From Pelomyxa schiedti (taxonomy: Eukaryota > Protista > Evosea), in NCBI GenBank assembly GCA_020536535.1, contig JAHLWZ010000231.1, forward strand, positions 1 through 64,000: DNA of 64,000 nucleotides, read 5' to 3'. Both the position numbers and the translations under genes were made by a program. Below the pieces are notes generated by a model. That model saw nothing but the letters and a program-made list of their open reading frames with translations, was not told the origin of the DNA and did no database searches. Shown here piece after piece: positions 1 through 10,673 of this stretch (the first letter of the stretch is position 1; each line of letters opens with the position of its first letter).

Positions 1-309
1 ATAGTAAATGGTCCTTCCCAGCGTGCTTCTCTTGGTGATTTGGAAAGCTGGAGACATACCTGTTACGGAGTTTCGGCTTGATCTGTAGCTCGCCAGTATG
101 AGTTGCAAGTATTCATCCCAGAATTCCTTATTGTCATATATTTAGTATGCTCAATAGCGTCTTATTGAATCTTTCTCCATACCATTTGTTTGGTCTGCGC
201 GCTGAACTTATGCGGTGTTCAATGTTGAATAGAGTTTTCATTTGAACCACCAAATAATTCAAGAAGTGAATTCCTCTATAAGATAGTAGTATGTCTGGTG
301 CCCCCTTAT
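1..309 (-). mobile_element. Degenerate Ty3/Gypsy integrase fragment (copy 1, runs off window start)
   Basis: Reverse complement of 57901-58208 with about 9 differences by hand alignment. Translates through frameshifts to F...LVVQMKTLFNIEHRISS..QTNGM..RFNKTL...WDEYLQLILASYRSSRNSVTGMSP and RWEGPFTI (GPY/F motif). Confidence 0.85.
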
Positions 310-310
310 G

Positions 311-796
311 TCCAGTACCTGGATTTGGTTGTCTTATAGGCTCTCACAGAATACAAGTCACATGGGAACCATGGTATTCTGCATCTGGACTTTAAATTAA
401 CTGATAAATCACAACGCCCAAACGAAAAATATCGATAACGATACATGAAAACTCCACTCAGTGAAAAAATTAACACCACATAGGCAACAGAAGCGGCTAT
501 TCTCCACCCTTTTTCACCCTCAGACTTTGTTACCAAGTAAACTGTTATTTGTAAGTTACCACAGTATTATTACTACATGGAAATTGACCCACCATATGCA
601 ACAATGGAACCAATCCCTGTTACTGTAATGCCATCCACAGACAACCATTTTTTCCAATTCGATACATGTTGAGGCGAATCGAGAAGACCAGCCAATAAAT
701 AACACGAGGGATTGTGGTGCAAGCATAAACATGAGAAGTACAATTGGTGTACACCTCTGTCAGAATTTCAAAAGACAACCAAATCCAGGTCCTGGA
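311..796. repeat. 25-bp inverted repeat pair bracketing ~440 bp (MITE-like)
   Basis: 311-335 tccagtacctggatttggttgtctt is the reverse complement of 772-796 aagacaaccaaatccaggtcctgga at 24/25 positions. No clear target-site duplication. Confidence 0.6.
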
Positions 797-809
797 GATG
801 ATCTGCTAC

Positions 810-918
810 TGTACTCAAATGCGTAGGTATCAACACCAACACCATTGTGCATCATGTAGTTTTCAAGTGACTGTGAGCATGAAGTGGCAAGGTAGACTTC
901 AGAGCTTGGTTTGCACAG
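810..918 (-). pseudogene. Isolated degenerate copy of a UBA3 exon segment
   Basis: Reverse complement matches ~49263-49371 (gctctgaagt...tgccacttc.tgctcacagtcacttgaaaactacatgatg.acaatgg...) with indels and substitutions. Confidence 0.85.
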
Positions 919-1387
919 TCAGGTGGAGGTGGATTGAAAGCCCTCCTACACGTCACCCCGACCACACTGATCAAACATCCCACATAGCTGCTATTGGGGA
1001 CCGCACACCCATTACTGTGAACAAGCCCTCTGGTTCATGGGCCACGCAGGCTGAAATGTTTGATGCGCATCGTGGGTTCCATGCTGCTAAAAAGCATTGG
1101 GAAGTTTGAGTTCTATTGCTAGAGCACAGGCCCAACAGGAACCCTGGACCCATTGCCATTCACTGCACCCGTCTCAGCCAATTGGATCTGGGACCAAGCC
1201 TCCAACAGACAGTTCCGCGTGTGAAAGGCTTGCGTCCTTCTTTGACAGTGCAAGTCTTCCATTTTGTAGATTGAAAAAGAGTGCCAAATTCAGGCACAAC
1301 AACTTGCTTGAACGAAGTTGGAGAAGGCAGTGTCCTCAAGTTGGTAAAGTGACAAACGGTGAATTATTTCACCGAAGATAAACGGCT

Positions 1388-4300
1388 ATGAGCAACGCAC
1401 CGTTTCGTGTGGAAGAAGAAAACGCCATCAATGCAAGGAAAAGAGTCGCTCGCGTTGCACTCGAAAAGTTCCTACGGAAGGTATACTTCAGTTTTTACAT
1501 TCCCAATCTAACACTCACAGCCCCCAAACACAACACAAGTGACAGAAACAACCGCACCGACTTCGGTATCTCATCCGGCTTCGTCAACATCATTGTCACC
1601 AAAACCGGTGGCTATAAAAACTCTCACAAGGCCAACATCACATGCTACGGAAGGAGGGAGAGCTACTACAGTCAGCACGTGTACAGTTGTAACAGACAGG
1701 GGTGTAAAGACTGAAGTAGGAACCCCTGTGATTGCACAGTGCGGTTCCGGAGGTGGAACAATGGCATCACTGACAGCATCAAGCTCTAGACCACAATCAC
1801 AATCAACTTCGTCGCCGGCGTGTACAACGAGCACATGTACAGAACGAGGAGGAGCAAAGACCGTGGAAGCAGAACCACTTGTGATTGCGATATGTGGGTC
1901 TGGTGGTGGAATGAGGGCAATGCAGAGCATGGTTGGGTTCATGGACGGCCTCAGCCACATCGGCCTGCTGGACGCCGTCACATTCGCCGTTGGTCTCTCT
2001 GGAAGCACGTGGTGCCTCAGCCAGTGGGTTTGTGACACGGAAGGCAACCCATTCCATGGTAGCACTTGCGCTGATGATCCGTGGCGGGCCGGTGGGCCCC
2101 CTTTCGATGAGAGAAGGCACACTCACTCGGAGCTCAAGAAGATGCTGAGCCAACACTCCTGGTTAACTGCATGTGGTGAGGTAGCCGCTTGCGTTGTAAG
2201 AAAAGGGAGCCTGGTGGGTGGATGGGCTGAATTTCTGTCGGATGTCGTGTTGAGCAGGCGTCACCTGGAGTCGACAAGGTTCAGCCAATGCAAGAACCGC
2301 CTTGCTGACGGATCATTCCCGATTCCAGTGTGCACTGCCATCAGCGAAAATGAACAAGACAACTGGGACTGGGTTGATTTCACACCGTTCACGGTGAGGA
2401 AGTGTGGAACCCCTTTGAAGGCAACTGAAAACCTCAGTGATGACACCCTCCCACATTTGATGGCTGTCTGGGGCAGTTTCTTTGCCGTTGATTGGAAGGG
2501 CTGGCATGCAGAAATCCCGAAAGTACTAAAGTGGCTACCGGCTATATCCACTGTCCCGGAACCTGGGCGGAAAAGAAAGGCAATGGCCTGCGAAACTGCG
2601 TTTGAAGAGAACATCGGGAACCTTCGAGACGCAGGCATTGACTTCAATGTTCCTCTTCCGGCTCTCCGTGGTCGTGGTGTTGATGTTGTTCTTGTCATGG
2701 ATGCCTCCGAAGGTGCTAAAGGCGCTAAGGAACTCGCACTTGCAGTGAAAGCTGGTCATATCGGCGTTGCCGAAGAGGATAAAAACTTACTTACTAGGGA
2801 TTTTGGACCTCGGGAAAGGTGCCGGTTGTTCTATCCCGAAAGAACTGGCCAGCCCGCAATTGCCTATTTCTTGTGCCACACACAGAGTGCCACTGTAAAC
2901 TTGCAGTACGAACCACAGCACGTCGAGGGTATTGTTCAATCAGTGTGCAATGCTGTTATTTCTGAATCTGGGACACTGAGGCAGTTTCTTAGACGGTTAG
3001 AGGACGCCAAGAGATCTGCTGTGATTCCTGTCATGCCATGCGGCTCCAGGCAAAGCCCTCTGAGGGAGGTCGTGCGCCCGGCGTTGAAGCAGTGCTACTG
3101 TAAGTTGTATGAGCTCATGGCACTGCTGGACCACTTGGGCCACATGCAACATCGCCCGCCATTCTCTGTTCTTTACACTTCCCTGCAGGTTGCAGATGCC
3201 GGTATGCATGGTGGCCTCGGACAGTCCGTTGGAATAGATGTGCTGTGGAGTGCTGTTCTACGAACTGGGAACACACGGTGTGTTGTGGAAGGTGACCCGG
3301 GCTCGGGGAAAAGCACTCTGGTCAAATTCCTGGCACGCGAACAAGGAACCGTTGAGATGGAACAGCAATTCGGAGCCATTGTTGTTGTGGAATTACGGGA
3401 GCTCTGCAGCACTGTAATACCTTCACACGAGCCTCTCAGTCTACGCAACTGTGTCCAGGAATACTTACTGCGTGTGCTCAAATTGGACTGCTCCATCGTC
3501 CAGGCTCTATTCTTGGCAGACCCAAATGATATTCTGTGGGTCTTTGATGGGTTTGATGAAGTCGACACACGGAGATGGGAGAGTTTTCTGGACGAACTTG
3601 TCCACAATCACTTGGATTGGGCACCTTGCGTTATGGTCACATCAAGACACGACCGCCGACACCAATTCTTCACTGCTGCAACCACGGTCATCGTGCAACA
3701 GTGGAACCCTGCAGAAATTGACACTTACATCAAAAGATACTTTGACTACGTCAATGAATTTGGAAGCACCGCTGATTCACGAGCCATACAGGCTTCTAGT
3801 GTTTGTAAGTTTATTTCAGACAACCCAGAGCTCGCAAGAATGGCCAAAACACCACTTCTCTGCGAAATAATTTGCACTGTTTACAGCAAGATCCAGAGTG
3901 ACACAAACCCTAGTGTGACAACAATTTTCAAACACCTTGTCGCCTATGCTTGGGAACGCACAAAAACCAAACTAAGCATCGCTGATGATAGTCCAGGTTG
4001 GCACCAAGATATGAGGGCTGCCAACTATATTCTCTGTGAAAGGTCATATGACACCACTATTGGCACCATGGCTGACGACTTGGCTGGAGTTTTTCGGCTT
4101 AGCATGAATAAGCCAATCGAAAAACTGGCATGTTGTTGTGGGTTGGTCAGGCGGTGTAGCCGGTTTGACTATGACACAAATGTCCACGGGTTCCGGTTCA
4201 TTCACAAGACTTTGGAAGAATTCTTCACAGCTTGGCACATCTGCAGCAAAAAGAATGCGCCCATTGCCACTGCATTACTTGATGGAATCTTTGTTGATCA

Positions 4301-5801
4301 AAGTACCCAACAAAGTATCAAATGGTCGCCGAAGGAGCGCAACCTCGTTCTGTTCATTGCAGGTTTCATCCACAGTTCCAAGAAGCACTATATCAAGCAA
4401 ATCCAAGAACCCTTCATTGGATCATTGTTGGCAGTTTTCAACTTCAATTATAAGACCAACTATCAAGAGCTTAGTGCGGATCTATCTCGCGATGCATCTC
4501 ATCCAACACGTGACAGGTGGCGTGTTCAACTTGGCCTGGATGCCGTTGTTGCAGCCGTTACACTGCTTGGTAGTTATGCAACTGAGCGCTTCCTGAAGAG
4601 CATCAGACCATATGGGTGGCAGGCATCTCGGGTGATTCCAAGATCTTTGACCTTGAAAGTTGCACCTTGGATATATCGCTTGCTTGCAGAGCCTTGTGCT
4701 CGATATGGCAATCTAGACATGCTAAAAAGGGTAGTAATTTATGCAGCAGGTGAGATGGATCAGGCTCTCTTGGAAGCCCATCTTTCTGGTCAACAGCGCG
4801 CCATTGATTGGCTCACTTCCATGAACGCCGGTGGCGTTTCCATCAGAATCCCAGCCAGGATGGGAAATCACCAAGCTGTTTGCCAGATGCTGGCACAGGT
4901 GCAAGATATTGAAAAGAAAAAGGAGCAGGCCCTCGAGGCAGCATTTGAGGCAACCAATAATGGGCAAGCTTGCGTGTTGAGTGAGTTGTGTAAACTCTAC
5001 TCACCAAATGATCTCCTAGATGGTATACTAACCATAGCTTGCAAATTGATAGATCCCCGAATGGAAGAACTGTCAAAAGTTCTTAATACAACGCTTGTAA
5101 GATGTTCTTGCTTCAGAGGAGTAACAAAAGTCTACCTCCCAAGCTTTCTCTCCAAAGAGAAAGCCAAAAAGATGTGTTTCGAGATTGCCGAATCTCTTCC
5201 AGCCCTCACTTCCCTGGACACATTTACGATGTTGCCTGAAGATGGCATACGTGCCATTGCCAAGTCATGCGGAGCTATCACTGAGTTGCGCTGTCGCCTG
5301 AGTCTGAACGGTTTTTGTGGCGCTGCACCGTTTTTCCAGTCACTCCGTTCTCTGCACTTGGACAACGAACTGAAGGGCAGCCTACCAAATCACTCAGTCG
5401 TCCTTCCATCACTCACTTCTCTTTACTTGTATTCTGGTGTATCATTACTAGCTCCTTTGTGCCCAGGACTGACATCTCTCACTTGCATCTCCTCTAAAGG
5501 TGTCACCAACGAAGATGCTTGTGCCCTGGCACGCTACTGCACTTATCTCACAACCCTTCGCTTGTACCGCACTACCAGTGAAAGTGTGGCTGCCATCGCC
5601 AATCACCTTGTTTCCTTGACAGACCTTACTCTCGAAAATTATGACTTTATAGAGGGACCAGTACCGACAGACGTTGACGCGAACCCCATTGTTGTGCACT
5701 GCCCTCGTCTACGGAGGCTTTTTCTGGGTCCTACCATTCACCCAACGTCATCGAGTTCGAGAAACTCCAATGGTGCCCCTCCCAAGGTAAATCTCCTTTA
5801 A
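1388..5801 (+). CDS. NLR-like STAND protein: cPLA2/PLA2_B phospholipase - NACHT - ankyrin-like repeats - LRR (~1457 aa; exons 1388-1480, 1521-5801)
   Basis: Exon 1 (EEENAINARKRVARVALEKFLRK, resembles the helix preceding the cPLA2 core) splices in frame over a 40-nt GT..ctaac..AG intron (1481-1520). cPLA2 motifs: IAICGSGGGMRAM, GLSGSTW (catalytic Ser, ~1992-2012), FPIPVCTAI, WVDFTPF, DAGIDFNVP (catalytic Asp, ~2628). NACHT motifs: GDPGSGKST (3291-3317), WVFDGFDE, VTSR, TPLLCEIIC, FIHKTLEEFFTA. Then ~4 ankyrin-like units (ARYGNLDML, ARMGNHQAV, ATNNGQACV) and Cys-type LRRs (IAKSCGAITEL, LAPLCPGLTSL, LARYCTYLTTL, VVHCPRLRRL). Confidence 0.9.
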
Positions 5802-6550
5802 TACTCCACGCAAAGTTAATGCACTCATTAGACATCACCCCAAAACCACTCAAAACCAGCCACTGTTGACAGGTTTCCCTTCTTTATCCTATTAGTGTCT
5901 CACTTTCACTGTCAGTGAACAAGGAGGTCCGTCATGGACTGAAAAGACCGCTACGGTTTGCTACCCCGTACGAATCTCAATAGTAACTAGTAAAATAGGG
6001 AGATTTAAGCATCACCGAGGGAGGAAGTTTCTTCAAGGACTCTGGATCCTCTGGCGTGGACCTCACCACTTGGCGAGCTCATACTTCACACCGAAGTACG
6101 GATCATAGGCACTCGGTACCCCATCGACTTGTCTACTTGTTTCCAACTAACTCAAAATCAAAAGAACTCCAATACAACTGAGCCACCAAAGTGGGATCCT
6201 GATCAGAAACACCCTGGTGATGCTGGTGATGACACTCTCCAACAAACCAAGTCCAGTGAGTTCCTCTTCTTTTTTTTGAATGCATTTCCCTTTTCTCTAA
6301 CCAAGTGCATGGCATCCCAGGTGATCAACAGAAACAACAACCCTAAATTATGCCCTGGCCTAGTCATTAGCAGGCAGTTTCTTCTGGCTGTTTTGCCTTG
6401 ACACATAACGTGGATGGAAACATGAAAAAATAAACAAACTTTTTGAGAGGAAAATAAAAGAATCCCGCGCTTTATGGAGAAACAGAGGCTTCTTTTTTCA
6501 AAAACCAACAAGTAAGGGCACATTTCTCTTTACTTTCTGTTGACAATTAA

Positions 6551-7222
6551 TTATAGGGAAATGGCGTGACACTGTTGCATGAGACTGACCAATTGCGGAT
6601 ACATCCATTCACCTCTGTCATGAATGAGGTTCTTGAATGCCGCCGGGATTGCCTCTGTTTATTGTGGCGTTAATGATGCTTGTCCCGTTTTGTGTTATTG
6701 TTATTGAGTGAATGAACTACCTTCTCCGAGATAGGCACCACTCAGTGCCCCTGTCAATGCAGCAGTGGAATCTAAAATAGAATTACTGCAAGATGTTGCT
6801 CGAAAAAGAAAAATGCTGGCTCACCAGTGTCACCACCAGCAGAAATGGTGAGGGTTATGGCCTCAAGGAAATTCGAAGGCTTTGTCAAAAAGCAATAAAA
6901 TGCCCACATGACTGAGGACACAACATTCCCGGAGATGCCGTCACCGGTCCCATCATTGTAATCTCTTCCTGTTAGAGTTCAGAAATAGGAAGAAAAGAGC
7001 TGTGGAAGAGTGACAAAAACCAAGGCCTGAAAGCGCCGAAGCAGCACGGCTTGATGACGAGCCCACAACTTCTTCAAGCGTACGAAAGTATTCTGTGTAT
7101 CTGGTGTCAATCTGCCGATGTCACTCTGATTAGAAACATTATGGAATGTGCTAATGGGGAAAACCGACTTTCACTGCAATCAGGGATACTTGGGCAATGA
7201 AATAGTGCGCACTCAGATGGTT
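6551..7222 (-). pseudogene. C-terminal half of an ADP-ribosylglycohydrolase (ARH/DraG family), spliced, fused upstream to low-complexity sequence
   Basis: Hand-spliced exons read HYFIAQVSLIAVK|IDTRYTEYFRTLEEVVG..|GISGNVVSSVMWAFYCFLTKPSNFLEAITLTISAGGDT|DSTAALTGALSGAYLGE|EAIPAAF..SL* (stop 6551). GGDTDS..A..GALSGA.LG is the ARH signature. The N-terminal GDALG/TDD half is not present. Confidence 0.75.
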
Positions 7223-8432
7223 GTTTGAAGAAGAAGAAGAAGAATGACGATGGTGAGGGGAATGACTGTGCCGTGCGTGGTGATGTACAGAAGAGTGCGA
7301 TGATGATGGTGAAGACTTTGGGGGATATTTATGAGATGAGCTGGATTGATCGAGGGGAGTGGAGGGATTACTTTTTGGGGGCGATTGTGCCCTTGGTGGA
7401 TGCGTGTGTACCTGGAGTTGTGTTGGTAATTGTGAAGGAGCAGGCACTTCCCGTTGGTATTGAAGTGGTGGTGAGTGACTACTAGGTAAAGTCGGATTTG
7501 GGTCCTGCGGCTGACCTGATGGTAGATGAGCTGTTTGTTCCTGTTTCTTTTCAGAGGGTGGAGTTTCCCCTGGTACTGAATTTATGTGACTTTTTTCTGG
7601 AGTTGAAACTGAAGTGCATTCTGTGCTCAATGGTACTGCTGCCGGTGTTGTGACTTCAGTGCTGATTGTAGCTGCGGAGTTAATTGTGTTTGATGTAGTG
7701 TTTGTCTTTGTGTCTACAGGTTGTACTGTTTCTTTTGGACTTGGCTTTGTGGAAGAAATTGGTGAGCTTACTGGGACTGTGTTTGGCTTCGGCGTTGTGA
7801 GTGTTGTATTTGCTATTGTTGAAGTGGTGGTTGTGCTGGCAATTGTGCTACTTGCACTAGGTACGGTGCTGTTTGTAGTAGTAGTAGAGTTGAGAAGATG
7901 GGGGTGAGGAAGTTGAATGAATAGGTGAAAATGACGCGGTTGTGGCAGATTTATCGGGAGCAGAGGTTTTCATTTCAACATCTGTACTCTCTGCTTTGGA
8001 TTTTGGTGATAGTGATGCTGATTTTGATGTTGCAGAAGGAATTTTTGGTACTGGAGGCAATGGTGTAGGCTTTGGATCTGCTGGGGTTGTGGGTGCTTTT
8101 GTCAGGTCTTTTGGAGGCGGTTCCTTTGGTGTGTCTGAAGATGTGGATTTCTGTGCTGGAGTTTGTGTGGCCTTTGGAGTGGGTGCAGTGGAAGGGGGAG
8201 CTCTTTTAGGAGTTTTACGAGTGGCAAAAAGTGTGGGTCCGGATGGCTTTTCTGGGGTGGATTGGGGGGGTGCAGGCTTTGGAGTTGGTGTTGCCTGAGG
8301 TGTTCTTGTAGTAGGGGGAGGTTTCGATCCCCGAGCGGCAGTACCTGTTATTGACTGCTTGCCTGTTGTCGCTTGTTTAGGAATAGATGGAGCTCCGGGT
8401 TTTGTTGAAGCTGGTGCTTTGGTATTTTGAGG
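7223..8432 (-). pseudogene. S/T/P-rich coding segment overlapping the PWWP gene sequence, with a frameshift near 7890
   Basis: 8222-8432 is a near-identical copy of 10674-10884 (2 substitutions seen). The frame stops at QLYYYYKQHRT* while the S/T-rich protein continues in another frame (STTTTNSTVPSASS...) into ORF 7151-7630. Confidence 0.6.
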
Positions 8433-9385
8433 TATCATGTTTAAAAGTGTTGTGACTGAGAGGTGTTGCTGCCCTCTTGTGGTGGCAGTGTTGTTGTTGA
8501 ACATACCTTTCTGTTTCTCAATAAACTCCCTCACAAGGGATATCTTGGAGTCATCCAAGATTCTTGCTGTTTCGGTTTGTTTAGAACCATCAGGGTGATG
8601 CATCACATGATGGTGATCATCCCGATGGGCAACCGTTCTATTCCCTGCCTCTTGAGAGTGGGAATTCAGGAATTCAATAAGCAGTGGTCTTGTCTGAGAA
8701 ACCAAAGGTGTTTCTCTTTTTGGACGTCCAGGGTTTGCAACCTCTGTGTTGTTTTCTCTTCTCTGAAAAGAATGGCTGCTGATGCAGAGATTGTGTCGTT
8801 TCAAAGTCCTCCGTGGGATGTGACCAACAATGCGCACTAGTGTGCGAGCCACTTGGTGGTCATGTCTGGCTTTGGCACTGGTGTGCTCCTCAGCGATGTT
8901 CTTGAACATCAATTGAAGCTGTCCCATGCCAATCCCATCAGAAGGAGATGTGGGGAATTTGATTGCTGACCTCAAGGCATTTTGTCCTTGAATGTCTCCC
9001 CCTGGAGGAAGAAGAAGAAATCAATGTTAAAACTATGATGAAATAAATCCAACCACACACACAGGGCCGATTTGAATGTGTGTGTATATGTACGTTGTAT
9101 GTTTTGGGTAGACATAGCAGTAACCTAAATACAACACACGACACACAACAGTGGGGCCATCAATTATAGCATACCCAACAAATGAACAACACTGTTTAGT
9201 GTCTGCAACGTCTTCCAACGTTGAAGACCCTGCTGCAGCGAAAAAGATTGCATTCCTTGGTTGATGTTTTGCGAGACACTCCTTCACTTGTGACTTGTGT
9301 GTGAAAACGTTCCCTGTCCGCGCTGAGTTGTTGCTGTAGAATCGATCACCTCTTATTCTTTGAATTTGATGTGTGCACCGATCTA
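8433..9385 (-). mobile_element. Truncated transposase-like N-terminal ORF (unclassified)
   Basis: Globular sequence GRPKRE...LIEFLNSHSQEAGNRT...ARILDDSKISLVREF...HLSVTTLLNMIP resembles the N-terminal DNA-binding part of eukaryotic DNA-transposon proteins. It ends abruptly at the 8432/8433 junction. No DDE core is visible. Confidence 0.35.
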
Positions 9386-9474
9386 ATCGAATATGTTGTG
9401 ATTAGCAACAAAACCTAAACTTTAGAAACGCAATGGTCTGGTGTTTTTTTTATTGACCCAAATGGCCCTCAGAT

Positions 9475-9531
9475 GGGGCGGTCATTTTACGATTTTCCTG
9501 TGGTTTTTCCTCTATGTAAAATGACCGCCCC
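9475..9531. repeat. Perfect 16-bp inverted repeat with 25-nt spacer
   Basis: 9475-9490 ggggcggtcattttac and 9516-9531 gtaaaatgaccgcccc, flanked by imperfect direct repeats tggccctcagat / tggcctccagat. Confidence 0.8.
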
Positions 9532-10573
9532 TGGCCTCCAGATATGTACTTATCTTGGAGGTCTATGATTCCCTTTGGCAGAGGATGTTACAGAAGCTGT
9601 GCCAGTGCATGTTAGAACGAAACAGCACTTTCCGGGAGAACAATCAGATGTGAACAATAAAAAAACCCCACAACAACACATAGGTGGTGGGCCCAGAGCT
9701 GTGACAAACAACGACACCCACATAGACACACGACCAACACTCACATTGACAGGAGGTCCTCATCGTCTTCTTTTTATAAAAACTCTTCTTTTAGTTTAGG
9801 TTTTTCACCTTATTAGCGGTATCAGTTTATTCCTTTCTTTTCTTTTTTTCTAGATGATTCGAGTTCACACTTTATAACCAGGTTGTGTTGCAACTTGTCG
9901 GCTGCTGAGATGGCAGTGTGTCCACAGTAAATCCCCCTTCCCCTTATCACCACTCAACAACAACAGGACAATGGGTGCCACTGAATAGTGCATTCCAGGC
10001 TTTACCCACCTTCACCCGCTTCCCCTCGGCACTGTCTGATTAGACTTACCCTAAAAATCATTAATCAGCGTTTTCTCATCCATCTGGCAGGAATCGGCTT
10101 CACGCAACAGCTTTTGATAAATCGATAAAACAAAAGTTTCCGTTCTGGAAGTTCCAGCTGGCGCTGGAAATGCCAGCTGACAAAAAAAAAAAAAATGGTT
10201 TTTTGGTTGTGCTGGTTCCCAGCTGAATCACTCAGTTCTTCCTTTCTGTCCTGTTTCCGAACTGATTCAATAAAAAAAAATATTTTTTTTCTTGCGACGT
10301 AAAAACAACCCGCCCACCCACTGCTCCCACGCTCCCACGCTCCCACGCTCTCACATGCCCAGCGAGCATACAATCGCCCACGCTCCCGCGCTGCACTCCC
10401 AGTGAGCACGCAATCGCACCATCAATTCTGTTAAATGGTGTACCGAAGGTGCCCAACTTGGGAAAAAAACGACGAAAAGGAGAAACCTGAAACGCCTGAT
10501 GCATCAGTACAGGCGCACTGCTTGGTGCGTCTGTGCAACCAAACCGTTTGTGTTGTCTTGGTTTTTTTTTTTT

Positions 10574-10673
10574 NNNNNNNNNNNNNNNNNNNNNNNNNNN
10601 NNNNNNNNNNNNNNNNNNNNNNNNNNNNNNNNNNNNNNNNNNNNNNNNNNNNNNNNNNNNNNNNNNNNNNNNN
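10574..10673. other. Scaffold gap (100 N)
   Basis: Run of n characters. Confidence 1.

Noticed and set aside
1539-1541. GTG start of the 1420-aa ORF
   Set aside because: In a eukaryote an ATG start is expected. An upstream ATG exon (1388-1480) splices in frame and supplies the cPLA2-like N-terminal helix.
5850-6500. Possible ncRNA or tRNA downstream of the phospholipase-NLR
   Set aside because: No cloverleaf, A/B boxes or recognisable RNA family seen by eye. No tRNA or rRNA was identified anywhere in the window, though a covariance-model search was not possible.
7614-8298. Hydrophobic V/G/F-rich plus-strand ORFs resembling membrane proteins (also 19730-20655, 21629-21919)
   Set aside because: Antisense to T/P/K/S-rich coding sequence.
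10323-10400. (gctcccac)x3 and nearby short repeats as a CRISPR-like or telomere-like array
   Set aside because: Too short, no unique spacers, eukaryotic context; a simple minisatellite.
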